DNA from: Mantamonas sphyraenae STR306
Lineage: Eukaryota > Protista > CRuMs
Assembly: GCA_026936335.1 (NCBI GenBank)
Contig: JAPMXV010000028.1
Coordinates: 26,381 to 90,380 of the forward strand
Direction of reading: 5' to 3'
DNA length: 64,000 nucleotides
The notes under the pieces are model-generated. The model ran no database searches. It was given only the letters and a program-made list of their open reading frames with translations, and was not told the DNA's origin. The position numbers and the translations under genes were made by a program. Below are positions 1 to 12,652 of this stretch, piece by piece; the first letter of the stretch is position 1, and the number at the start of each line of letters is the position of its first letter.

Positions 1-2170
1 GATGATGTCCACGTTTTCGTCAAACTTGCGCATCACCGTGCCCCAGCTCGTCACGTAGTGGCTGTCAAAGATGTCAAACGGCACCATTTCGATCGGTGCA
101 ATCAGTGCTTGCACGCGCTCGATGATGTTGTCCACACTCTTGGCATCCCCAGTCACCACCTTGAGTTCCGGCGACAAAAAGTTGTTGAATTGCTCCAGCA
201 CTTCCGCCACGTGGTACAGGTTGCCGCAGCGCTCGCTCATGTACCGTGTCTGGTCAAACAGTCGCTTGCGGTCAAAATCCCACCGTTTGTCCGAGTTCTG
301 CTTGTCCATCTTGGCGCGTGTGTCCAAGTACGTTTGCTCCCAAGAATTCAGCACCTCCCGTGCCTCCTGGATCAGCTGCATCGCCTCTCGCGGCGAATGC
401 TGCTGCAAAATCGAGCGCACGTTGACCACTGTGCTCACCTTGTGCGCAATCTGCCATGCAATGCGCTCCATCAGCGGCACCATCTTTTCGTCCGTGTTGT
501 AGTGCCTCGAAATGATCCACACCATGCGGATGGCATTCATCATCGACGGAAGCGTGTCCAAAATCGTCGTCAAGCTGCTGTTCTCGCTGCTGATGTTCTT
601 GAAGTGCCTCTCCAGCGTCGTCAGGAACTTTACGTTGTCCTTTGCCTCCATGTAGTACTTGGTCAGCTCGCCAAACTGGTACGTAAAGAACATCCTGTTC
701 TGGGAGTCCACCACCTTGAGCACCTCCAGGATTTTCTTCACCTCGGGCGTGCTCAGCTGCTCATACAGTGTGGACAGCGTGGCGTTGCGGTCGCGCCAAA
801 ACTCGATTTCCGCCAGCGGTCCGGGACCCTTGGGTTTCTGCTCCAGCTGGAACTCCACCGCCGACGAGATGGCGCTTGTCCACTCGTCCAGCGTCGTCTC
901 CAGCACTGTGATCAGATCAAAATCTTGAGCGCACACAGACACGGGCTCGTCCGGAAGATCCGGCACCAGCAGGCGAACGTCGCTCTTGACCTGCTGCATG
1001 GCATGTTGTACCTGCAGTGCAAATCTCTGTGTGTTGGCAAGAAACTCGTTGCGCAGCGTCTCGTTGAAGCGTCCTTCCCCCACAGAGCTCAGGAACTTTG
1101 CATCCTGCAGCGAACGAGGGATGACCGAACTGATCAGCGCGCTCTGCGGCGTGTTTCCTCCCACACCGCCGCTGCTGCCGCTGCTGCTACTGCTGCTGCT
1201 GCTGCTGCTGCTAGCCTTGTTGTATCCTGCGCTGCTCAACAGCGGGATGTACACCTCGGAAAGCACCTGTTCCAGCATCAACAGGGAGTGGCCGCTGAGT
1301 ACGCCCAGCTCAAACTCGGCGCACATCACCTGTGCCATTTCTGTGATCCACGTCCATGCGGAGTCAGCCTCTTTGTTCTCTCTGAGCCTCCATGCATCCA
1401 TTCGCGTGTCCATCACTCTATCCCTCGGCCGCCCGTGCCCCCGAATGTGCAATCGACCGTTGGCGCCAACACTCACCGTGTTCGTTTTTCTTCACCGCAA
1501 TGTGCTTGCCCGGGTTCAGCTGGCAAAAGTACATCGACGAGATGTCGTTGATGTTCTCTGGGAAGTGTTGAAATGCATAGCCAAGTCGCAGCCGCTTGCC
1601 TTTGCCTCCAGACACGCCTGCGCTGCTGCGCTGCTGGCTCTGCAGCGAGCGGCTGCTCAGAGCGTCCGAGTTTTCTGCGCACACCCACACACACACACAC
1701 ACAGTGTCAGCATAACTTGCACGGTGCATGATACACTTTGCCCATTCGTCCCCCCACATGCCCAACCCTGTGTCTGCCTGGGCCCTTCCTAACCCCATCT
1801 GGCGACGGAAACCACCGGCCGAACAAAAACGCATCCGCCGCGCGCCAACACGGGCGCCGCCCACAGCCGTCCCTGTCCGTCAATCCTCCACAGAAGGCCG
1901 CGCTCACGGCCTCCATGCGCTGTCCATGCGCTCTTCCACCCGTTCGCCCACCACTTACGTCTGTCAATCTCGTCCTGGTCCTCCACATAAAAGAGTACAA
2001 TGTCGATCGACGCTTGGTTGCCGTCAAAGAGGTCCACCAACTTTGAGCCAAGCAGGTAGTCGTTGCGCGTCAGCAGCTCCTGGAAGGAGCGTGCGGGCAC
2101 GTGCAAGCCCTTCGTGACCTGTTGACCCAGCCATTTGAGCCGAGTGTCCTCGTCAATGGCACGTTCCATG
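1..2170 (-). CDS. DNAH10: Axonemal dynein heavy chain 10-like (inner arm I1/f alpha), N-terminal DHC_N1 region; continues off the left edge
   Basis: Manual minus-strand translation. ATG at 2170 (MERAIDEDTRLKW); GT-AG introns at 1958-1675 and 1476-1341 keep frame. Exon 3 reads GPLAEIEFWRDRNATLSTLYEQL...EAKDNVKFLTTLERHFK...MMNAIRMVWIISRHYNTDEKMVPLMERIAWQI...RWDFDRKRLF, motifs I recognise from DNAH10 orthologs. The main exon is absent from the ORF track because it has no stop inside the window. Confidence 0.9.
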
Positions 2171-2224
2171 TCCCTCGAAGTCGTGTTGGCCCGGCGAGGG
2201 CGTACCCAGAGCAAAATCCACCCC

Positions 2225-3542
2225 ATGTCGTCACGGCCACGGCTCATCGTCCTCCGACCGGCCAGTGACCCTCCCACTCCCACCAGCGTCCTAACGGCAG
2301 CAGGACGCAGTGTGCTCGGCAACGACCCGGCCAGGCACTCCGCTGCCTCTCAAGACAACGATCCACCCAACAGTGGCTCGTGGGGCTCGGTGTTCCTCAG
2401 TCAGCAAAGCATCGGCGCCCTCGACACCTTGGACGATGATGAGCAGGCCACTGGCCAGTCTGCGGATCCGGTGGCCCCCTCTGTGCAGGCTGTCTTTAGC
2501 CAAGAGTTTGCACGCCACACCGCAAGCTCCCAACCCACTTCTGCTGCTCCCATCACCCACTCAGCCGCGTTGACCAAACCACTCGCTTCAAATCCTCACT
2601 CTCACGACGACGACGACGACGACGACAACGACAACATCGTAGCCAACGACGACGACGACGTTGACGACGTCGTCACCGGAACTCCAAACTTGCCCGTTTC
2701 CATCGGCACCCAACGCTCCAGCCAAAGCCAAACCTCCATGGACTCCAAGATTCTACAGTCGCTCGACATTCAAGACTTGGATCCCAACGAGCAACCAACG
2801 GCGTCGTCGAGCACGACTACCGCCGTCAGCCAAGCTCCCTCTCAGCTCTGGAACAGCAGTGCCGTTGTTGAAGTCGAGTTTTCTCAGCAACCAAGCATGG
2901 ACACACATCCAGACGACAGGATACGGGCCTTGTCACGCACGCGTGCGACACGGGACGCCCAGGAACGCGGCGGGAACCAAGTCCAGGAACAGGTCTTGCT
3001 CGAGGCCGCTCTCGCCAACATCGGCAACAGCCAAGTCATGGACGAGGAAAATGGCAGCCAAAGCGCACGCGAGGTTAGAGCTGTGATGAAGCGCCGTGGA
3101 AGCACACGCAGGATCCGTGTCCGCGAGCGCACGCCCGAATTGGCCAGTGGCCGCACAAGCACCTCATCCGCTGCCTCGCGTGCCAGCTCGACCAGCACAG
3201 GTACTCGCCCGTTTTCTGCAGCTGGGCAGGGAAACAGCGCTCTCTGGATGCAGAGTGTAGAGGCGATGCCCGCCCAGGACCGGCACGATTCCCTCTATGC
3301 GTCTCAACGAGGCAGCTGACGAACCCCGCGTCCTCCCTCCGCTCAAGGCTTCCACCGACACCGCCTCCCAGGGCACCCTAGAAGACTTTTCCGCCGATCT
3401 CCATCACTCACACAACAAGAAGACGACCACCACCAGCAACAGCCTCCGCCATCGTTCTGTCTCAAACATCTTTCACGCCATGCGCACAACCAAGCAGCGG
3501 AGCAGCAGTCCCATCACTGGCACCCTCAACCTCTTTCACAAC

Positions 3543-3580
<38 letters not shown>

Positions 3581-5520
3581 TGACGATGACGACGGCGCTC
3601 CCGAAGATCTCACCCCCACACAGCCCTACATCCCCTCCCCGAAGAAAGCCACGCCGCAACAGAAAGTCATCACGCCGCTCAAGGTCGACAACAACGACCT
3701 TCCAACCCCAGCTGGACACTCCCCCCGCTGTTACACATCATCCCTCCTCTCCATTGAGAGAGTATCGCTCGCCTGGCGAGATTCTGCGCGAGCGCCGGCG
3801 GGCCGCCTCTCCTGGCCATCAACCAGAGGCAGACATGCACGTCGAATCACCACAGGATGCAAATGCTGCTCTTGGAGAGTTTGAGTACATCGGCACCCAA
3901 GGCACACAGGAAACCGAAGGGAGCGTGCTCGACGACTCCAACCTCCCACACAGCAGCTCGCCAAGCGACGATCCCTCCACAGCAGTCGTCCAGGACTCCC
4001 AACCAACAGATGTTCAAGACACACAGGATGTTGAGTACGACAGTGACAACGACGTTGATGACGACATCCAGGACGACGCTTCAGAGGTCTCGGCAGGCTC
4101 GGCCTCCAGGAGGAGTGTTCACGATCGACACACACAAAGCGACGCATCGGATCAATGCACCCACTGCGCGGCCACGCACACGTCTCAGTGGCGCAGAACG
4201 AAAAAGTTTGGCCTCCTGTGCAACCCGTGCTATGCGTACACACTCACGCACAACAGATCGTTGGTTGGACGCAGCACGGAGCCCTCCGATCGCACAAAGC
4301 GCCGGCGATCGAGGGGACAGAAGAGCAACCTCAACAAGCGATCTCGCTCGCCCACACCCACCCCCGATACAGATGGTGAGGTCGTTGGCCAATCCCCGGA
4401 CCCGGAAGAGATCCAGGACGAAAAGCGCGCTCGCCTGGCCACGCCTCCTGTGCGTCGCAGTACACGCACCCGCAGGACCAATCCCATGCATAGGCAATCT
4501 CCAGAGTCTCTACACGACACTGCACACAGGTCACAGCCCACAAGGAGAAGCAAAAGGTCGGCTGTGCGCAGTCTGCAACATGCAAGCAAAGATGTGGATG
4601 ATGACGATGACGACGGCATCCCACAGGCACAAACAGACGGTGACACGGACACAGTTACAGAGGCCAAGGCCGTGCAGGCCTTGCCTGTGTGTTCAGGTCT
4701 TTTCAAACGCTACCAGTTCCTCTTTACTGGCATGACGGGCCCTCACCGAGCCCTTCGCGAGGCTCTCAAGGCCCTCATCCGGGAGTGCGGGGGGCGCACC
4801 ATCGACACGATGCCCTACATGGAGTTTCTGAACATGGGTGGTCTCATTCCAACCGATCAAACACGTGACAACGGTTCGGCGTCCGCCGCATATGCCTGCG
4901 AGCGGGACTTGATCTTTGTCATTTCCCACAAGCCCACACGCACTATCAAGTACATGGCCTGCTTGGCATCCAACAGGCCCGTTGTAAACTACAAGTGGAT
5001 CCTCGAGTGCGTTCGCGACACGCAGGTCCTTCCGCTGCGTGACAAACACATTCTACCAGCCGGAGAAGATTCGTCGGGCCGCACAGTGCTTTTCTCCGCC
5101 GTTAACACCCGCCAGCTGGTCCTCCATGGCCACGCAGTCATTTTCCCGGAGCTGTCCGCGTCAGACGACAAGATCTCCGAATGGAAGGAGGTCGCGCAGG
5201 CGGCCGGAGCCACAGTCCTCCGCAAACTTCCATCCGTGGACGACCTACACAAGGATGTTCAACGTGCTGACGAGGCCTCCAGCTCCTCCAGCTCCCGCGG
5301 GAACCGAAGTGGAGAAAAGCTGGCAACGTCCAGCGTCGTGCACCACGTCCTTGTCGTGTTTGGCAAAACCCACAGCAGTGTGGTCAAGAACACTATGGTT
5401 CGAGCGAGAGCGCTAGGTATCCCCTGTGTGGCACACCGATGGCTGGTGCAGACGTTCATTCAGGGCGTTCCTGTTCCCACCGAATCCCACGACGTCGGCT
5501 TCACCGACCACGATGAGTGA
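2225..5520 (+). CDS. SQ/TQ-rich protein with GATA-type zinc finger and C-terminal tandem BRCT (53BP1/Crb2/Rad9-like); two apparent +1 indels near 3307 and 3700
   Basis: Three consecutive ORFs (2135-3319, 3297-3884, 3550-5520) each join by removing one base. Contains C-x2-C-x17-C-x2-C (CTHC...QWRR...LLCNPC) and BRCT motifs LFKRYQFLFTG, LIRECGG, RTIKYMACLASNRPVVNYKWILEC and IPCVAHRWLVQ, plus many SQ/TQ dipeptides in a disordered N-terminus. Confidence 0.75.
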
Positions 5521-7023
5521 ATTCCAGCATCTGCGCAATCCCCAAGTAGTCCACTTCCCTCGTTGTCCCGTCTTCGGAAAACGACGACGACGACGAAGAC
5601 GACGACGACGACGACGATGCGGCGATCGGTTGGTCTTCTTGTCCAAATTCGGCTGCGTGCACAGAGCTCAGACGACTCTGTTCCGCTTGATCCTCCAGAA
5701 CCAAAGCTCTCAATTCGGCCATGGCATCCAGTGTTTCCGCATCTGTGCTTTTTGCCAGGATGGCCCCGAGAGTTTCGGCGCTCAGCCCGTTTTCTACTTC
5801 TGGTCCATCCTGCTTGTCCATCAGCATCTGCAACAGTGCTGCGTCGTCACTTTCTTGCTCCTTCTCCCAGTATTCTTCCTCGTGATCCTCTTCCTCCCAA
5901 TCCTCCTCCTCTTCACCCTCACTGTGGCCATCATCGTCTTGCTGCAACACGTTGGCACTGGTACGCCACATGGACGCTGGGGGAAGCATGTGGAAATCGT
6001 CCAGCCATTCGCTCAGCACGTTGTACTTGAGCTCGTGACGCCAGACAGCGCACGTGTCGTTCCCTTTGTCGTCCACAGGCCAGTCGTCCACACGTGAGGC
6101 GTCGTTCGTGTCAGGCACATCGTCTGGCGACAGGCGCAACAGCACCATGTCTAGGATGCGTTCCAAGACATTTGGCTCACCCGCATGTGGCCCGTGCTGT
6201 TCTTCGTCAAGCTCTTTTGCACACAGCTCGGGATCAAAGTCAATCTGGGTTGCCAAGCTGTCGATTTCCATGGCAATATGGATTTTCCACACCAAATTCC
6301 GGTGGCAACATCGCACAAGCTGTCGAAGCCGTTGTACACTGGGCCACTTGCTCAGCGAACACAACTCGGCCCACACTCGCCGTGTGTTGTACTTGTCCTC
6401 AAGGGTGCGTGGATAGCCCACCACGCCAAAATAACATTGTGGCTCGCGGCTCTCGGCCAACTGTTCTTGGAGCACATGTGTCAGCCACTCAAGATGAAGC
6501 CGTGTGCTAATGTCACAAGCTGGACACACCGCGCAACTCAACACGCCGTCTGGTTTTTTTCCTGACGCCTACTTACCGCCACGACTGATTTCCAATCGTC
6601 GGATGTGGCATGCAATGCCACTCCCTGGGCAAAAAGAAACTCGGATTGGGACACGAAATCCGCCAGAAGCGCACGCAGATACTGCTCACGGACGTCGTTA
6701 TCGGTGCCCACGTCTCGCACAGCCCCTCCGGAAAGCAGCGACCAATTCACAACCAAGAGAGGTTCTTGATTGGTAGCTACGTCAGCCAGATGATCTTTGT
6801 ACAGGGAAAGCATGCTACGTTGCGCTTTCTGCTCCTCCAGATCCGTGGTGTCCAGCTGCTGCAGCCGGGCCGGCGGCGGATGCAGAATGCTAGACCAGTA
6901 CGCCTCGTCCAGCTCGTCGTCGTCGCTGCCCACCTCATCTTCCCAACTTTCTGGCACTGTGTCGTCCTTCAATGCGTCACTTTCCGCCACCTGCACGACG
7001 TCCTTCTGGTCGTCCTCCTCCAT
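5501..7023 (-). CDS. Hypothetical acidic protein, 2 exons (intron about 6576-6461)
   Basis: ATG at 7023 (MEEDDQKD). A GTAAGT donor at 6576, a CTGAC branch-like site and an AACAG acceptor join ORF 6538-7095 to ORF 5501-6544 in frame (WKSVVA|LAESREPQ). No family recognised. Confidence 0.55.
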
Positions 7024-7095
7024 TGGCCCACTGGAAGTTTTCGTCTGCCTGTTGGTGCGCAGCGCTGGAACAGCCAATAAAACACACACGCACAC

Positions 7096-8426
7096 ATGGC
7101 CAACTGGAAAACCATCTGCATCCTGTTTGCCGTCTTGATGACCACTGTGGTCGCTGCAGAAGAAACTGCATCGTAGGTTTGGAAGGTGTCACGAAGCACA
7201 CTCCCTGCGTGCGTTCATCATCGCTCACACACCTTGAACGATTCGTACCATAGGACCCCTGTGGACACCGAGGCCGCCCACAACACACAAAGTGAAGCTG
7301 CGGAGGTTGCCACGGAGGAGGAGGTCGCCAGCTCGGGTGCCGACGCCTCTTTCGACGAAGACGAAGAGGACGAGAACGACGAGGAGGATTCCACGGCCGA
7401 GGAAGCGGAGGACGACGAGGATGTGGATGACGAGGATAGCACCGATCTGGAGAGCACCGAGGTGGACAGCGACAGCGAGGTGGGTGACAACGACTTCTGG
7501 CGCCGCCGCCGCCGCCGTCGTCGCCGTCGTCGTGGCTTCCACGCCTCCAAGGTCAACAAGAAGAACCTGTGGCAGGTGCTGGCCAGCATCTACGACAAGT
7601 GTCCCACTGCCAAGCAGGTCGAAGAGTACTGTGAGAAGCTGGGTGGTAAGTTCTGGGGTCTGGTTGTCTGGTGGCATCGAGAGCAGGTCCACTTTTTTTC
7701 TCCGGATCCGACTTCAAAGAGCCCTCCAGCGATGGGGGTAAGCCTTTGGGCCGGTCCCAGGAGTGTGTCTTGTCGGGACAGGGCTTTTACCCCATACTGG
7801 AGGGTCGAAAGCGCACGTGGGGCCTGATGGGGCCGGTGGGAGCGCTTGGAGTGCGTGTGAAATCGCAATTGTTGCCTTTTTGGGGCCGTGCCCTCCCTGA
7901 CACTTGTGCGTGGACACCCCCTGCATCATTCACAGACCTGAAGGAATGCCCGGACACCGCATGGTACTTTGCCAAGCTGGCCGTGGCATACAAGAACTGT
8001 AAGCACCTGCCCGAGGTGCAGGCCGTGTGGAACATTGCCCGCACCGACCCGTTCAACAAGTGCTCTTACAGCTGCCACTTTGGCAAGAAGTTGCACCGCA
8101 AGAACAAGGGAGAGGGTGATTTCGTCCGCCACGACAAGTTCCTGCGCAAGTTTGATCTTCCGGCCAAGGGCAAGCTGCCCAACGTCGAGGACACCAGCAA
8201 CGAGAGCGAGAACAACGACGAGGACGCAAGCGAGGACAGCGAGGATGGCGCAGACAGCGATGATGCCGATGTCGAGTCCTCCGACTCCACGCCGTCCACA
8301 GTGACTTCTGGTCTGGTCATGTCCGAAGACGCCCTGAACCGCGCCCGTGACCAGGGCCGTGGCCAGCTCGTCAAGGACGTGGACATGGGTGGATCTGGCT
8401 GGTGGTGCTGCTTTGGCTTCTGCTGA
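7096..8426 (+). CDS. Secreted precursor-like protein (~319 aa): signal peptide, acidic tract, FW-R11 motif, 6-Cys domain, second acidic tract, C-terminal GWWCCFGFC
   Basis: ATG at 7096 gives MANWKTICILFAVLMTTVVAA, which is signal-peptide-like. Introns 7173-7253 (GTAGGT..TAG) and 7646-7935 (GTAAGT..CAG) give a 960-nt open frame with strong coding-like codon bias. Confidence 0.8.
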
Positions 8427-8637
8427 TCGCCCACAACCCAACCTCGTGGTTGTTTCCAAGTGCAATGCAATGAAGACCTGACCCGACACTCTCCCTCCAC
8501 ACACGTCCCACACAAGGTCACCCGTCTTGATGGCTGCACCGTACACACGTCCCTGTGTTTCCACAATCTGCACCCGCAACCATGCCCACTGCTCGACCTG
8601 TCTCGCAAGTGCACCCAATCCAACACCGCGCTCCCGA

Positions 8638-10141
8638 ATGTCGTCATCGTCCGGCAGCGAGGACTCGGACATCCTTTTTGCTGGATTCAACCAGGACTAC
8701 ACTTGCATTGCATATGGCACAAAGACAGGTTTTGCCATCTACAATGTCGACCCGTTCAAGGAGCGCTTCCGCCGCGAGTTTGAGGGCGGAATCGGCTACG
8801 TGGAGATGCTCTTCCGCTGCAACATCCTCGCCCTTGTTGGAGGAGGCGAAGATCCCGCCTTCCCAGACAACCTCGTCGTCATCTGGGATGATCACAAGAA
8901 CAAGTGCATTGTGCAGCTGGAGATGCGCACTCCAGTCAAGGCTGTCAAGCTGCGACGCGACCGGTGCGTTCGTGGCCCTGCCGCCATTCCCGCCTCCAAT
9001 TACCCCGATTCTCCCACACACACACACACACACACACACACGCGCGCGTGCTCGCCCTTTGAACCTCCGTGACGGGCTCTGCAAAGTTCCCAATCCGTTT
9101 GACCCTTCCTGTTTTGTGTCCCTATGGTCCCTGCGCCTCGTTTGCTAGCGTTCTCTCACTGACCCGCCCCCTGTGTTTTCCGCACTCTCTGGCTTGCGTT
9201 GCCCGCCCATTGCCCTCGTCGCTGCTCCCTCCCAGAATCATTGTGGTGTTGACCAACCAGGTCTTTGTGTACAGGTTGTCTGACGCCAAGCCTCTCTATC
9301 TGCTCGACACAACCGACAACGAACTCGGCCTTTGCGCCATTTGCCCCTCCACCACAAACTTTGTCCTCGCCGTGCCGGGTTCCAAAGACGGCGACATCCA
9401 CATCGAATCGTTTGATGACGACGGTCACGTCGACATCTCCGGTGCTCACAACAACGCCCTCTCTGCAATGGCCATGAACACCAACGGCACACGGTTGGCC
9501 ACCGCATCCGAGAACGTACGTTTCCCGTGTCCCTTTGCCCGCCAGCCCCAGCCCCTGTGTGGCCATTGCTCATCAATGATCCACTGATCTAGTCGTAGCC
9601 ACACACACCACACACACATGCTCACGTCTTCCCACCCTTCACTCGCTTTCCTTGCGCACAGGGCACATTGGTGCGCATCTGGAACACAAGCAACGGAGAC
9701 AAGCTGCAGGAGCTCCGCCGTGGCTCCTCCCCTGCCCAGATTTACTGCCTCAACTTCAATTACGACACCACACTGGTGTGTGTGTGTGGTTCCACTGGCA
9801 CCGTCCACCTTTTTGCCCTCAACGACGACTCGCGTGAGGGCAAGTCATTCAGCAAGCAGAAGGCCAAGGAAAGCGAAAACACAAACATTGGATGGCTGGG
9901 AGGCATGACGTCCATCCTACCAGAGTACTTTAGCAGCGAGTGGTCCTTCTGGAGGCTCAAGCAACTCGACAACCCCTGTATCTGCGCTTTTGGCGCCGAG
10001 CAGAACGCCATCGTCGTCGCCAGCAAGTCAGGCAAGTACTACAAGGCCGAATTTGACCCCAACAGTGTACAGGATCTGGAGCCCAGCGACGAGAAGAACT
10101 GGGCAACCTATGTTCTTGAGGACAACGTGTCCAGCTCGTGA
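8638..10141 (+). CDS. PROPPIN A: WIPI3/4 (WDR45)-like WD40 autophagy propeller, LRRG motif; 3 exons
   Basis: Motifs [40 protein letters not shown] and YFSSEWSF. Introns at 8964-9235 and 9516-9661. Confidence 0.92.
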
Positions 10142-10332
10142 GCACAATCAATTGTCAGTTGATCTCTCCTCTCACTTCAGCGGTGCTCACTGCCCGTTTC
10201 CCCCTCCATTCCGTCCCGTCCTCCATCTGTGTGTCTCTGCGAGCCTGCGCCCAAGAACCAACACAACAGCTCCCGCCACCCTCTCTCAGCTCACCTCGCC
10301 TCTCTGCGCGCCGTGTTCGCCCCTTTGTCGCC

Positions 10333-10575
10333 ATGGCCAACTTTTCTCTTGTCGGCCGAGTGATCATTGTGCTTGGTTGTCTCTTCCTTGCCCTCGCCGC
10401 CTACCTGTCGGTGCTGGACGAAACCGTGGCCGACGAAATTTTCTACGGGATTGCCGGAACCGGTCTCGCTTTGGTCATCGTTGGCTGTCTGTTTCTCCGC
10501 GTCGGCATCCAAGTGGAGCGACAGGCTGAGAAGAACAGGAGGAAGAAAGACCGAGATCGCATGTTTGCTCTCTAG
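10333..10575 (+). CDS. Small (80 aa) two-TM membrane protein with basic C-terminal tail
   Basis: ATG in a GCCATGG context, two hydrophobic segments, then ERQAEKNRRKKDRDRMFAL. It fills the gap between PROPPIN A and B. Confidence 0.6.
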   Translation: MANFSLVGRVIIVLGCLFLALAAYLSVLDETVADEIFYGIAGTGLALVIVGCLFLRVGIQVERQAEKNRRKKDRDRMFAL

Positions 10576-10817
10576 GCCGCCGTGCCTCCGTCCGCCTGCC
10601 GTGGAACGCGCTTCCCTGTCTGCGCCGCTGCTTTTCCGCCTCCATACGCCACCCTGGACTCCAATGGGCACCACCAATCTGGTCTACCTGTACACAAGCA
10701 ATGCCAACATCCATGCGCAACCTTCTCTGGCCATTTTCAGTGACGATTGCCGAGCTGGAAGCACACAGCAACTTCCCTTTCATTCTCTCATTCCGTGACT
10801 GCCTCCCACATCACCAT

Positions 10818-12602
10818 CTACTTTCCATCGTCGTCGTCATCGTCGATAAAGTTCACAAATGTGTCCTGCTTGATCTCACTGCTCTTAAAGTCGATCAAAC
10901 ACTTGTAAAACGTGCCCTCGGACGTCACAACTGGGAGCCGTGTGCGCGAGGTCAGCGACCAAAGTCTCGTTTTTCACAACGCCGCCCATGCTCCTCCCCG
11001 CGCGTCACTCTTTGCAACTCACTGATCAGCGCATTCTTCTCTGCTCCAAATGCTGCAATGGCACACGTTTCCTGCATGTAAAACTTGGCAAAGCTCCACT
11101 CGGAACCAAAGTAGCCGCCAAAGATCGAGAACCTGTGAACAAGTCAGTGTACACAGCCAACCGGCCCCGCCCCCACCAAAACGGCATGGTTGTCAGTTCT
11201 CACCGCTCCCTTTCACCTTTTCTTTGCTTCGTAACGTACACGCTTTTCTGGTTCTCTGGTGTGTCGCTGTTGTTCTTGCCCGACCGGGACCTGCCCAGGC
11301 TGCTGCTCACGCCTCCGTCTCCGCTCGAGTCGCCTCCGCTGCTGCTCATGCCGTCCATGTTGCCGTGGTCCCCGCTCGACGAGCTCGATCCTGCCGACGA
11401 CGAGCTGCTTGTTGTCGCGGCTGTGTCCTCGTTGGAGTTGAGGGAAAACACGTGCACCGTGCCCTTGTCGCTCGACGCACACAGCATACTGGAGTTGTAG
11501 TTGAAGCTCAGACTGAGCATGAGCACCTTGTTTGTGCCTCGTCGCAGCTTCTGCAGCCGGTCTCCGGTCTCTGTGTCCCACACGTAGATGTTTGCACCCT
11601 GCACACACACACACACACAGCAACCCAGCACCCTCTGTCAGCGTTTCCATCCCTCTACCCCAACTGCCTTCTTCCACTCTCATGTGCTCCTTACATCCGA
11701 CGCCGTGGCCACACGGGTGCCGTCCGAGTTGAGAGAGATGCACGAAAGCGGGTTCTCGTGCGCTTTGATGTACACAGGGTCGCGCTGTTTGAAAAAGTTG
11801 ATGTGCAGTTCGCCATCGTCGCGTCCTGGAATTGCCATCACCGCATTGCTGGCGTCGGGGCACAGCGAACACAGCCCTGCGCGTGGATCCCCCCCAGCAA
11901 AAACCTGCGTCAGCTCCTTGATCCCGCCGTCCCCTCTCTCGGCGCCTGACCTCGTCCACCTCGTACGCTCCCTCCCGTCCATGTCCGTCCACCTACCTCG
12001 CTCATTCTCCACCGTTTCGATTGCCTGCAGCGGCTTCAGGTTCTGAAAGTTGTACACGTAAACGCGCGTGTCCAGCACGACGACAATCCTGTGTGCGGCC
12101 CAGAATGAACCTTGCGCGTCAGCAACTCTCCGCGTTCCCCCTGGTGCCCCGCACAGCCCACAGCCCTTCTTTGCACACTCACTTGTCTCGTCGAAGCTTG
12201 ACAGCACGCACTGGAGTGCGGAATTCCAGCTCCACCAGCTTCTTGTTGCTAAAGTCGTCCCACAGCAACACCTTGTTCTCTGGGTAGTTTGCGTCCGTTC
12301 CGTCGCCCACCAGCGCCAGGATATTGCACCGGAACAGCATTTCCACATACCCAATCCCGCCATGGTCGAATTCTGTCCATGGGATGCCTTTGTGTCAGCC
12401 CTCCTTCGTCCCTCCCTTCACCACCAGGCCCTTTTGCTGATGATGCTCAGCCGCACTCACCCCGCCGGAACCGCTCTTTCAACGGGTCGCAGTTGTACAC
12501 GCGGAACCCATTGCGCGTTCCACATGCAAAGCACGCATAGTCCTGGTTGAATCCAATAAACTGCGGCAGCGACGGTGAATCTGCATTCTGTGGCAATTGC
12601 AT
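10818..12602 (-). CDS. PROPPIN B: WIPI3/4-like, LRRG motif; 7 exons
   Basis: Reads MQLPQ...[38 protein letters not shown] and YFGSEWSF. Six GT-AG introns (12460-12373, 12182-12089, 11996-11877, 11694-11599, 11239-11133, 11022-10931) preserve frame to TAG at 10818. Confidence 0.88.
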
Positions 12603-12652
12603 TTTCCTGCAGGTCGTGCCTGCGCCCGCGCCTGCGCCCCGCCTCCCCCTCA

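Noticed and set aside
6300-6750. Faint TatD/amidohydrolase-like pattern in the hypothetical protein
   Set aside because: The metal-binding HxH and GExGLD motifs are not found.
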